Source of the DNA: Felis catus
Taxonomy: Eukaryota
DNA: 64,000 nt
Assembly: GCF_018350175.1 (NCBI RefSeq)
Contig: NC_058372.1
Location: 80,042,001-80,106,000 of the forward strand
Direction: 5' to 3'
The notes beneath the pieces are model-generated. The model made no database searches. It was not told the origin of the DNA and saw only the letters and a program-made list of their open reading frames with translations. Of this stretch, positions 27,702 through 41,982 are shown in pieces; the first letter of the stretch is position 1, and each line of letters opens with the position of its first letter. The position numbers and the translations under genes were made by a program.

Positions 27702-29023
27702 GGGGTAGCTCTCCCGCCCCTCCCAAACGTCACCCCCTTACAGAGGGTGGGAAACAGTTTGGCTGTTCCTTCTGGGTTCATCTGGCAGCGGCCGTGCCCG
27801 CCTCTGTCTCTCCTTTCCGCTGGTTCTTCAAACTGTTGTCCGTGTTTTCCCTTTGGTTTCATGTCCTCCACTCCTCCAGGATTTCAGATCGTGTGCCTGT
27901 GTTGCCAGTCTTTCTCGGCATCCTTGTCTGGGCATAGTTTCTAGCCCCATGTGTCTGTGGCCTCATCACTACTGTGTGGACAGCACTGCCTCTAATGCTG
28001 GGCCCTTAATGGTATATAGGGCAGTGATTTTCAAAATGTAGTGTCCACTGTGCCATCTGGGACCTTGTTAGAAACAGAGTTGGGGGCCTCACCTCAGACC
28101 CACTGGATCAGAAACTCTGGGAGGGGGCCCAGCAATCTGTTCGAACAAGCCCTTCAGGTGATTCTGGTGTGGACTAAAGTTTGACAACCAGTGGCCTGGG
28201 TCGCTTCTTCTCTTTCGGCTTGGGGAATGGATTGAGGCTGCACTAGCCCATGTGATTCCTCTGTTGCAAATTTAGAAAAAGATGCCCCGCGGGCAGCCCA
28301 GCCCTGCTCAGGGTGCATAAGGCGAAGAGAGCCAGAGCCGGATTTCAGCTCCCTCTGCTAGGTGCCTTTGTGCAGTGAACAGCTTGCACAACTGGAACGA
28401 ACCATGCCTTTCAGCTCTCGCAGGAAGAAAAAGACTAGGATATAAAGACAACTTTTGGCACACAAAATTTTATACCGAGTGCTTATTGTTCTATTTCAAA
28501 ATCCTCTTATCAGTTTTCAGGGTTAAGGCATTGTAACTCTGATTAAGTTCCTGTGGGTGAATTGTACATATTGATTTGTAGAAGTTCTTATAAGGACTAG
28601 AAATGTGATGTTTTCATTTCAGGGGGTTCTCCTACTCCATTATGAATTGTGAAGTCCAAGTTCAAAGAATAAATGGTTTTTTTGGTTGTTGTTGCTGTGG
28701 TTGAAATGCAAAAAAAATTAAAAATTTCTAATGCTGAGCTGTTTGTGGTAGCTTCCGGAAGCTCTGTTTACCAAGAATTAGACCCAAGACTCTGTTTACC
28801 TTGGCACCTAATGAAGTAAAAGCAAAATATTCAACCAACTGGGAAAGTCCTACATGTTCAGTTGAGACCACCAAGCAGTGTTCCCTCTTTGTCATCAGCT
28901 AAGGTTCCTGTGGGTCCTTTAGTGGATGCAATCTTGCAAACAGAATTTTACACCATTACAGAAGAAGGCAGAGGGGGCAATTAGAACTGGTTTCTGGGCA
29001 CTTCTTTTTCCCCCCCTCTGTAG

Positions 29024-29689
<666 letters not shown>

Positions 29690-30119
29690 TAGGCCTTAAG
29701 CAAGGCTGTCTGTTTAACACTATTCCTGGGGGCTAATATCCGCTTGCAGTGTTGACTTGGGAAGGCAATGAGCTTTGAAGATAAACCAGATGTCCCTCCC
29801 TACACTGCAGATACACCGCTGCTGCCGAGGCCCAGGCAAACGGGTAGTTACAAACCTTTGTGCACCATCCTTAAGTGACTAGGTAATCTTGAGGCTCCAG
29901 AGCAGATAAAAGCCACAAGGATTGGGACCGTGTCTTACCCTCTCTGAAGCTTCTCAGTGCCTGTTGGACCCACAGCTTGGCCCATTGGACATCCCAAAGT
30001 TATGCTTCCTCCATCATCTGTATCCCCCTGGCATACTGACTGGCACTGGATGGGCGCTCAAAACCAGTTTGTTGGAGGAGGGAATGAGTGGATTGACTCC
30101 TTTATTGTTCCCCTGTTAG

Positions 30120-30353
<234 letters not shown>

Positions 30354-31904
30354 TGAGCACCCTTTGTATTTTGCAGACCGAGCTGAGTACCTCGGGTGGA
30401 CTCTCAGGGAAGAGGCTTATGTGATTTCTTCCAAGCGCATTTATTCAAAGTTTTTAAGAACCTGCTTAAATTGCTTCTGATTATAAAAATGATATATACC
30501 TATTACAGAGCATTTTCTTTAAATATGAAATTTAGAAAGGAAAAGAAATCCCCTACAAGCCCACCACAGTGAGAAGTCACTACTAACATTTGGGTTTATT
30601 CTCTTCCAGTCTCTTTATGTTTGTATCCTGGCCCCTTTCCCACTGCACACACAATCAGAACAATCCTGTCTATAGGTGTCTTTATTTTGAAAATTTTCAA
30701 AGCAGAGAAACCGTGAAACAGTGCAATGAAAGCATGTCTACTCTCCACCCAGACTCAACCATTTGTTAATATGTTGCCACATTTGTTTTGTGTCTCTCAC
30801 ATGCACCTGTCTTTCTCTTGAATCCTTTGAGATTTAGTTGGAGCCTGTCCTGACTTCTCACCTCTAAATACTTCGGAGCGCATCTTGACGAAGAATAAGG
30901 ACTTTCTCCTTTGTAGCACAATCCGTTATCATGTATGAGAAAATTAACAATGATTGCATCATATCCAGTCCGTATTGCGATTTATTCCGTTCTTCCAAAA
31001 TGTTTTCTTATAGCTTGTTTTTGTTTTAAATTCCAGCTCAGAATCCAGTGATTCTTTTGTGCATCTGGGTTATGTCTCTCTGGTTTCTTTTCATCTACAA
31101 CAGGCTGATTCCTTCTTCCATCTTTTTCTTTATTCCTAGGATATTATCTTTTTAAAAAGTCTAGGCCAGTTGTTATATAGGATGTTCAACATTCTAGACG
31201 TGTCTGATAGGCTCTTCGTGGTATTATTTAACTTGTTCTGTCTCTGTATCTCTGTGAACTGAAAGTTAGGTCTAGAGCAGTGGGTCTCAAAGGTGTCATC
31301 CCTGGACCAGTAGCATCAGCATTATCTGGGAGCTGTGGAGGCAAAAATGACAATTCTTGGGCCTCATTCCAGATCTACTGAACTTAATTGTGAATAAACC
31401 TCTGGGGATGGGGTCTAGCCACCTGTGTTTGAACAAGACCTCCAAGTTTGAGAACCACTAGTGTCTAGATGCTTATTTCAGTTCAGATTAAGTATTTTTG
31501 GCAAGAAAATGTCATAGTTAATGGCATAAACTTCAAATTATGTCACATCAGGAGGCACATAATGCCAGGATGTCTCCTTATTAATGATAAGTTTGATTAC
31601 TTGGCTAAGTGAGTAACCACCATCTCTCTCCATCAAAGAATATATTTTCTCTTTGTAATCAGAAATGTATGGTGGATATAGATTTTTAAGTACAAAAGAC
31701 ACTTTTAAAAATGTATAAGCTAGCCTATTAGGAAAAAATCCACATTACAGAAATATGAAATATAGCAATACATTCCAGAGATACCTTCCATTCCTGGTTT
31801 TGTGTATTTTCCCATAGATTTTCTCTTTTATAGATAGTACTTATATAGTTACCACTTTAAAACAAAAATGGAAAAAAACTATGCTGTGTTTTTTCCTCTT
31901 CAGC

Positions 31905-32111
31905 TTTTTTTTTTAATGTTTATTTTTGAGAGAGAGACACAGAGCACGAGTGGGGGAAGGGCAGAGAGGGAGGGAGACACAGAATCTGAAGCAGGCTCCA
32001 GGCTCTGAGCTGTCAGCACAGAGCCCGACGCGGGGCTCGAACTCACAGACCGTGAGATCATGACCTCTGCTGAAGTTGGACACTTAACCCACTGAGCCAC
32101 CGAGGCGCCCC
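31905..32111 (-). mobile_element. SINEC_Fc at the 3' tail of the L1
   Basis: full body. Confidence 0.9.
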
Positions 32112-32499
32112 TCTTCCTCAGCTTTTTAATTGAAGTAAAGTTGACACAGGTTACACTACATTAGTTTCAGGTGTACAACATAATGATTGCACAAGTCCAC
32201 ATGTTCTGCCGTGCTCACCACCAAGTGTGGTTACCATCTGTTACCTTTCACCCCGTGACTTCTTCATTCCGTAACTGGAGACCTGTACCTCCCACTTCCC
32301 TTCACCCACTTTGCTCATCCCCCCACCCCTTCTTTGGCAACTACCAGAGGAGTTCATACTTTGTTTCTGCTTTTTTTGTTCATTTGTTTTTAGATTCCAT
32401 ATAAGTGAAATTCTATGGTATTTGTCTCTCTGTCTGCCTTATTTCACTTAGGAAAATGCCCTCTGGGTCTGTCCATGCTGTCACAAATGGCAATATATA

Positions 32500-32724
32500 T
32501 ATTTTTTAAGATTTACCATTTTATTTTATTTTAAAGTTTATTTATTTTGAGAGAGAGCATGAGTAGGGTAGGGGCAGAGAGAGAGTGGGAGAGAGAATCC
32601 CAAGCAAACTCTGCACTGTCAGTGTGGAGCCCAGGGTGGGCCTTGAACTCATGAACCATGAGATGATGACCTGAGCTGAAACCAAGAGTCTGACGTTTAA
32701 CCAACTGAACCACCCAGGGTGCCC
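32500..32724 (-). mobile_element. Can-SINE inside the L1 3' UTR
   Basis: full body in reverse orientation. Confidence 0.88.
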
Positions 32725-33667
32725 TGCAAGGTATTCTTTTTTATGGCTGAGTAATACTTCATTGTGTGTGTGTGCGTGTGTGTGTGTGTGTGTGTGGACA
32801 CACACACTATATCTTATCCACTCATCTTATCAATGGACACTTGGGTTGCTCCTATATCTTGGCTACTATAAATAGTACTATAATAAGAATAGGAATGCAT
32901 CTGTTTTTCCGAGTTAGTGTTTTTGTTTTCTTCAGGTAAATACCCAGTAGTGGNNNNNNNNNNNNNNNNNNNNNNNNNNNNNNNNNNNNNNNNNNNNNNN
33001 NNNNNNNNNNNNNNNNNNNNNNNNNNNNNNNNNNNNNNNNNNNNNNNNNNNNNNNNNNNNNNNNNNNNNNNNNNNNNNNNNNNNNNNNNNNNNNNNNNNN
33101 NNNNNNNNNNGCTGTTCTGACTGGTGTGAGGCGGTATCTCATGGTTTTGATTTGCATTTCCCTTATTAGTGTTGTTGAGCATCTTTCATATGCCGTCTGC
33201 CATCTGTATGTTGTCTTTGGAAAAATGTCTGTTCAGGTCCCCTGCCTATTTTTAAATCAAATTGTTGAGGGTAGAGTTGTATAAGTTCTTTATATATTTC
33301 GGTTATAAACCCCTTATTGTATATATCACTTGCAAATATCTTCTCCCATTCAGTAGGTTGCCTTTTCATTTCGTTGATGATTTCCTTCATGTGCAAAAGC
33401 TTTATATTTTGGTGTAATCCCAGTAAAGTTATTTTTGCTTTTGTTCCTTTGCCTGAGGAGACCTATCTAGAAAAATGTTGCTAAGGCTGATGTCAAAGAG
33501 ATTACTGCCTATATTTTCGCCTAGATGTTTTTTGAGTTCAGGTCTCGCATTTAGGTCTTTAATCCATTTAAACTCATTTTTGCGTATGGTATAAGAAAGT
33601 GGTGTGGTTTTTCTTTTGCATGTAGCTGTGTAGTTTTCCCTGCACCGTTAATTAAAGAGACTGTCTT

Positions 33668-34135
33668 GGGGGCACCTGGGTGGCTCGGTTGGTTGGGGTC
33701 TGATTTGGGCTCAGGTCATGATCTTGAGGTTTGTGGGTTTGAGAACCACATCGGGTTCTTTGCTGACAGCTCAGAACCTGGGGCCTGCTTCGGATTCTGT
33801 GTCTCCCTCTCTCTGTCTCTCCTCTGCTTGCGCACACAAGTGCTCTCACTCTGTCTCAAAAATAAATATTAAAAATGAACAAATATTAAAAAATTTTTTA
33901 AATTTTAATTAAAAAAATTTTTTTAATGTTTGTTTTTGAGAGAGTGATAGAGTGTGAGCAGCAAGGGGCAGAGAGAGAGGGAGACACAGAATCCTAAGCA
34001 GGCTCCAGGTTCCAAGCTGTCAGCCCAGAGCCCGATGCGGGGCTTGAACTCACAAACTGCGAGATCATGACCTGAGCTGAAGTCGGATGCTCAATCCACT
34101 GAGCCACCCAGGCACCCCTAAAAACAATTTTTTTT
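33668..34135. mobile_element. nested SINEs: + copy 33668-about 33900, with a - copy 33905-34118 in its tail
   Basis: outer TSD aaaga(g/a)act(g/a)tctt flanks both copies. Confidence 0.85.
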
Positions 34136-34411
34136 AAAGAAACTATCTTTTTCCTTCCATATATTTCTGCCTCTTGTGTTGTAGATTGACCATATAAGTG
34201 TGGGTTTATATCTTGGCTCTCTGTTTATTGATCTAGGTGTCTGTTTTTGTGCCAGTGCCATATTTTATTATAGCTCTGTAGTATATTTTTAAATCTCGGA
34301 TTGTGAAACTGCCAGCCTTGTCTTCTTTCTCAAGATTGCTTTAGCTATGTGGGGTCTTCTGTAGTTCCAGACAAATTTTAGGATTATACTAGTTCTGTGA
34401 AAAATGCTGTT

Positions 34412-34638
34412 GGGGGCGCCTGGGTGGCTCAGTCGGTTGAGCGTCCGACTTCGCTCAGGTCACGATCTCACGGTCCGTGAGTTCGAGCCCCGCATCAGGC
34501 TCTGTGCCGACAGCTCAGAGCCTGGAGCCTGCTTCAGATTCTGTGTCTCCCTCTCTCTCTGGCCCTCCCCCCATTCATGCTCTGTCTCTCTCTGTCTCAA
34601 AAATAAATAAATGTTAAAAACAAAAAAAATTTTAAAAA
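34412..34638 (+). mobile_element. young SINEC_Fc with TSD gaaaaatgctgttgg (34399-413, 34639-53)
   Basis: CpG-rich body, exact 15-bp TSD. Confidence 0.94.
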
Positions 34639-35924
34639 GAAAAATGCTGTTGGTATTTTGATAGGGATTGCATTGAATCTGTAGATTGCTTTGCATAGTG
34701 TGGACATTTTAAAATATTGAGTTTCTAATCCATGAGCATGGAGTATCTTTCCATTTGTGTTGTCTTTAATTCTTTCATCAGTGCTTTATATTTTCAGAGT
34801 ATAGGTCTTTCACCTTCTGGGTTAAGTTTATTCCTAGGTATTTTATTCTTTTTGGTGCAAGTGTAAATGGAATGGTTTTCTTAATTTCTCTTTCTACTAC
34901 TTCATTATTGGTATATAGAAATGCAACAGATTTCTGTATATTAATTTTGTATCCTGCAACTTTACTGAATTCATGTATTCTAATAGGTTTGTGGTAGAGG
35001 CTTTAGGGCTTCCTATGTATAGTATCATGTCAACTGCAAACAGTGACAGTTTTACTTCTTCCTTACCAATTTGGATACNNNNNNNNNNNNNNNNNNNNNN
35101 NNNNNNNNNNNNNNNNNNNNNNNNNNNNNNNNNNNNNNNNNNNNNNNNNNNNNNNNNNNNNNNNNNNNNNNNNNNNNNNNNNNNNNNNNNNNNNNNNNNN
35201 NNNNNNNNNNNNNNNNNNNNNNNNNNNNNNNNNNNNNNNNNNNNNNNNNNNNNNNNNNNNNNNNNNNNNNNNNNNNNNNNNNNNNNNNNNNNNNNNNNNN
35301 NNNNNNNNNNNNNNNNNNNNNNNNNNNNNNNNNNNNNNNNNNNNNNNNNNNNNNNNNNNNNNNNNNNNNNNNNNNNNNNNNNNNNNNNNNNNNNNNNNNN
35401 NNNNNNNNNNNNNNNNNNNNNNNNNTTGAACCATCCTTTCATCCCCAGAATAAATCCCACTTGATTGTGGTGATTGATCATTTTGAAGTATTGTTGAAGT
35501 TTGCTAATATTTTGTTGAGGTTTTTTTGTATCTATGTTCATAAGAGATATTGATCTGTAATTTTCTTTTTTGGGGGCATCTTTATCTGGTTTTGGTATCA
35601 AGATAATGCTGGCCATATAGAATGTATTTGAAAGGTTTCCATCATCTTCTGTTTTTTGGAACAGTTTGGAAAGACTAGGTATTAACTCTAATTAAATTGG
35701 TATAGATTTGGTGTGTCTGTGGAGGAGAGGATTAGCGAGTCTTCCTACCTAGCTATCTTGGACGCAAAGAGCCTTGGTCATCTTTGTAGCTTACATTGAA
35801 ATTAAGTAATATGTCTTAGGTGTGTTGTTTCAATATGCTGTTTAATGGCGATGTACTGTTCTGGGTATGGAGTTACACATATAATTTGTTTTTTGTCTAG
35901 TATGTGGTTTATTTACTTATTTAT

Positions 35925-36077
35925 TTATTTTTACCTCCAGTATAGTTAACATACAGTGTTATATTTCAGGTGTACGATATAGTGATTCAACAGTTCCATA
36001 CATCACCCAGTGCTCATCACAAGTTCATTCCTTAACCCCCCTCACCTATTTCACCCATCCCCACACCCACCTCCCTA
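35925..36077 (-). mobile_element. separate short carnivore L1 3'-end fragment
   Basis: ccagtatagttaacatacagtgttatatttcaggtgtac motif. Confidence 0.7.
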
Positions 36078-37809
36078 AATTACACATATTTTTACTTCCA
36101 GATTTTTTCACTTAATTTGATATCCCAAGCATTTTTCTATGTCTTCCTTTTTGTTAGACTTTAAAGTTGCTTATAGTTCTTACTCTTATAAATAATGCTA
36201 TGATGAACACTTATGTGTATAAACATTTGCTTCTCAAGTTATTTGCTCCTTTTTAGGATAATTGGGTCCGTAGTTAAGATGTTTAAATCTCTTCATAAAT
36301 ATTAATAATCTACTAAATAAAAAGGTTGTATGAATTTACATCCTACAGGTAGGATAGGATAGAAGTCGAGTCTCTGTCTCAAACCTTTGCCATCACTAAT
36401 GTTATTTTTAAAGCTTATGCCAAATCGTTTAATTTTTACTTCCTTGTTTGTTGGTGAGGTAGAATGCTTTAGGTTTATTTGCTATTTGCCCTTCATGGAA
36501 AGCGCATTTAAGAACTCTTTTCCTAGTGCCATAGTATATTAGTTAAGACTGTTTTGTAAATAAAACCCACTTCAGCTGGCCTAAGCCCAGTGAGGAGTGT
36601 ACTAGATGAGTGCTGGACCAACCATCTCAAGGACCTTGCTTCAGTTCAAGGAGGGTGACAGATGGGTGTGTAAAACTTTAGTCCTAATTCCCAGTTCTAG
36701 GTGAAGGACTCTGGCATGGGCTCTGGTGCGGCGTGGAGTCTGGTGTCCATGCCTGAAGCAATCAGCTGTGCCCCAGAACAAAGCTGTATGTCAACACAGT
36801 TGCTCTTGACAGAGGATAAGGACGTGGGTGGAGTAGGCCAATCCTAGAAAACAGGAGAGCAGCTCACAGAAAAAACACGAGGGCTGAAGAAACAAAACAG
36901 AAGGTGCTCACCACATCTCCAGAACTGCTGCTGCTTTTTTGATTTTTGAACATCATGTGTGTCCCTGACAGGAGAAGAGCTCACCTGTGAGCCCTCCTCA
37001 CATCTCCAGAACTGGCCCTTCTTTGTGTTTGTGTTTTGGACATCTGATTGTGGAACAACCCTTGTGGAGCTGGCCCCTGCTGACAAAGTCTCTCTCCCTG
37101 GTATGGACCTTGTCAAAGCAGTGAAAGTTTGGCTTTCCTGGGTGTAGGGTCCTAATGGGAAATATCAAGATAAGGGGGGGGGGGATCCAGGAGGGCGTGA
37201 CTGAAAAGTGACCATCATTGGTTCTCTGGAGCACTCCTCTTGTACTCCCTCCTCACCCTTCTTCACACTTGCTTTGATTTGATTACTTTCAGTGAAGCAC
37301 TGAGGGGATGTATTCACTAGGAACACTGGGTAAAAGCCCTGAGCATTCTGCTTCTTTTGCTATCTCATGGGCAGCTACTAACATTTTAAGGGCTTGGAGG
37401 GGTGTTAAAAATTAATTGAAAAGGGTAATGAAAATAATGAACAGCTCCATACTTCTAGAAATAGTTTTCCTTTCAATAATAGTCTTGGAAATAATGTTGT
37501 AAGACCTACAAAAATCCTTCTATGCACAAGGTCTGCATTGGCTCAAGTTGTATATTTACCATGTTCAGTCTTTTCAACCCCTTAGGAGGTAAACAATAAG
37601 AAAGAGGCCTTGGCTTATACAAAAACATGCTCAGGGATTGTGAAAAGCCAGGAGTTGGATGCATACTGGATGAAACTAGAATAAAAGAAGTTGAGGTTTG
37701 CCTCTGTTTTCACTGGTCCCTGCTGGTCCCCCAGAGCCCCAGAGGTCAAGAGACCAGGGCCCATCCTTAGATCATCTCCATCCTCTGCTTTTTGCTCATT
37801 GAATCCTAG

Positions 37810-37944
<135 letters not shown>

Positions 37945-38698
37945 TAACTGGGGATTTACCACACTGAAAAACTGAGTTAAGACTCAGACCCATCACTGAA
38001 AACCCAGAGGCCAAGAACCCCTAATAGCATTCTTACTACATAGTGTGTCCTTCTTTTCTAACTCTGAAATGAAGTTAATAGGAAAGAGCATGTAATTCAG
38101 TTCATTTGTTGCTGAATATTCTGGTAATAGGTGGAGACAGAAGTTAATGGAACACACTGGGAAAATGTGGTCTCTGCCTTGAATCATTTCTATGTATTGT
38201 ACATTTGCTGGGTATTGCTCTGTAGTTGAACAAGATTTGGTTCCTGCCCTTGGAGTTTGTGGTCTACCCGAGACAACAGACATAAAATGAGTATTTTTTG
38301 AGTGTGTGAGAATTTATGCTCCTAAGCGGCCATTCTTGATTTGTAAGATTTGGGAAGCTTTGGGTGTTCAAGGTAGCTCTGAGTCCCTCAATGAAGATTA
38401 TAGAAACTATCACCATTGGTGCTATGTCCATCCTGGTCTACAGAGGGCAAGCAGAGAAGGCTGTGTGGCCTGTGGGAAGGGACGGGGAGGTAGTTCACAA
38501 CGTTTAGGCTGGTCAAGATGGTATCTCGAACTATCATAATTGAAAAACCCACTCTTGGTGGTTTACTTCATAACCATGGATCCAATTCATCTGGTGTGTG
38601 TTGTTTTTTGTTTGTTTGTTTTTTGGTTTTTTGGGGTTTTTTTTTTGTTTTGTTTTGTTTTGTTTTTTTTGCTGTCATTCGTTTGTTTTTCTTTTTAG

Positions 38699-38998
<300 letters not shown>

Positions 38999-39576
38999 TA
39001 AAAGAACATAGAGTAAAAGGATTGTTGACTGGTGACAGCAGTGTTTGAGGTACGATGTTGATGGTGTCAGAGTGGGCCCCAAAGATGAAGATTGATGAAT
39101 GGACACTGGTCTTCTCAGCAGGTCTCTTGCTGTGGCCCTTGTTCTTCCTTCTCCTTTCTTCTCTTTGATCAGCCTTTTGCCTTTGTCCAACTGTGGAAAA
39201 CTTCCTTAAACAGCAGTTCGTGTATTAAAGCTGCCCCAGGTGCTAGATAACATGACGTTTCAGACAAAGCATCTTTTCATTAGCCACAGTGATTATACTC
39301 CATGATGATAATTTTGAGGATAATCAGAGCCTTTGTAATTAGGCCTCCATGGGGGATTTTCATGTCAAGTATGTTCTGTTACCATAGACCATCTCTGGAA
39401 CTGTGGTAACATTGGAGAAATCCTGGGCAAATTTTTCATGATCGGTCTAGTTATGGAGCTTGGCTGGAGCTCTGGGTATGGAGAATATGACCACCTCTCC
39501 AAATTGGAGCTTGGGTGAAGCAACTACTAACTGGGCCTATGGTGTGGAAAAGGCCCAGAAATTAGGGAATGGGTAT

Positions 39577-39804
39577 GGGGGTGTGTGTGTGTGTATATAA
39601 TTTTAATGTTTTTATTTATTTTTGAGACAGAGAGCATGAGCAGGGGAGGGGCAGAGAGAGAGAGAGGGAGACACAGAATCTGAAGCAGCTCCAGGCTCCG
39701 AGCTGTCAGTACAGAGCCCGACGCAGGGCTCAAACTCACAGACTGTGAAATCATGACCTGAGCTGAAGTCGGTTGCTCAACCGACTGAGCCACCCAGGCG
39801 CCCC
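39577..39804 (-). mobile_element. SINEC_Fc with TSD agggaatgggtat; tail contains (TG)n
   Basis: TSD at 39564-76 and 39805-17. Confidence 0.9.
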
Positions 39805-40133
39805 AGGGAATGGGTATATTTATTTCCCTCAGTATATGCCCAGTTCTGTTTGGGAGACACTTGGTGAGCTGTCATCCTTAGCAATCACAAAATGGTACCC
39901 AGAGCCTTTTAATGAAACTGGCTAAAGGAAAGGCCAGCAGCTGCTTTTGGCTTAGATGCCACCAGTGTGGTTAACATCATTACCCATGAAAGCCCTGACA
40001 AGCCAAAATGATGACCAGGGGCAAGTGGAAGGGAAGGGCAGAGCAGAAGCTGCACATGGTGGTTGGCGATTGAGAAGGCCTGATGGTTTATGGGATTATC
40101 AGGACTCTCAAACGCCAGCCCATAGCCACATGA

Positions 40134-40754
<621 letters not shown>

Positions 40755-41976
40755 AATCTGGGAAGTGGCCTGAGAAGGGCTTCTTGATGATTCCTGCTTT
40801 TGCATCTATAGAACAGCTGTGCCCAAGATGTCCATTCTTGTGCACGTAGCAGACTTGCCTTTAAAAACAAAAAGTCAAATTGCTGAAATGTGCCAGGCAC
40901 ACGCTTTCCTGCGCCCTGAAGTCATGAAACTTCAACAGTGACCACCAAAGCCAGGGGAAGCTTGCTTTGTGTTAGGTTTCATTGCAAACCTAAAACCTCG
41001 GTCTGGGTTCATCTGAGGTTCAAAAGCTCAGATTAAGTGAGCCACGCTAAGAAACGGAAAGATGTGTAAAGCCTAAAGCCTAAAATTCAGGATGTGTGAA
41101 ATAACATAAATCAAAAGGAAGAAAAATTAATCCCTTGTGAACTTTAGTCATTCATGTGAGCACTCCTGTGGTGCCCAGATGAGAGCATCTTTCTGTACGA
41201 GCTATGGCTGAGATGCGCTGAATCCTCTCTTGAATTCCTAATTCTTAAAGTGCTGACCTTTTAACCAGATGAAAACTTACCAAACTGATTTTGAGGAGAA
41301 AAAGATTTTCATGATGTCACTAGATCCAATATATGTTAAAGTATTTTGCAGTCAGAGGGTATTTAAATGATGAGTAATTGGCTACTAGCACTGGGAATAT
41401 TTGTTAATAAACTCAGATGAGAAAGGTTCAAATCATTTGGTCATGATTTCTGTATTTTCAGTCAAAATACAGAAACACTACAGTTGATTAATCCTACCAA
41501 TTTTAAAGCAGATTAATGGAAAAGCATTCACCTAACAATCACCTGAAACTTCTATAAGCTATCCATAATCAAACCCAGTTAACCAAGAGTACCTTTCTAA
41601 ATTTGAGCTTCTCAGTCTACATTTTATAAAGAAATAAGGCTATTTCTTAAAAGTATTTTACTTCTAATTGTATACGGTCATTGATGAACCTCAGAAGTTA
41701 CCCACTGCTTTGCAGTCTTTATGTCAAGGTAAAAATTGTCAACTCAGTCTAGACCCCACAATTCCCCATCTTGTGGAGCCCCAAGGATTTTCCTCTCCTC
41801 TGTGGAGTATATAAGTTGTAAAAGTAGCTTGGGTATGTTGAAACTTTGGATTTAGTTATCTTTTAAGCTTCTTGCCCCTTGATTATATTCATCTCCTCAA
41901 AATTCCATGTATGCAAAGAAATGTCAATTCTATTTCCATTAACCCCAGAACTGAGAAACTGTTGTCTCTAAGTTTG

Positions 41977-41982
41977 AATAAA
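41977..41982 (+). terminator. candidate proximal ANKRD6 poly(A) signal AATAAA
   Basis: canonical hexamer 1.2 kb after the stop; usage not demonstrable. Confidence 0.4.

Larger units (their letters stand above)
32112..35765 (-). mobile_element. decayed carnivore L1 (3' UTR plus RT/C-terminal half of ORF2), interrupted by four SINEs and two N-gaps
   Basis: ORF 34897..35616 reads ASIILIPKPDKD...KENYRSISLMNID (L1 RT start); MRYRLTPVR and MKRQPTEWEKIFA are C-terminal ORF2 motifs. Confidence 0.92.

Noticed and set aside
34897-35616. 239-aa ORF
   Set aside because: Decayed L1 ORF2 inflated by N-gap codons
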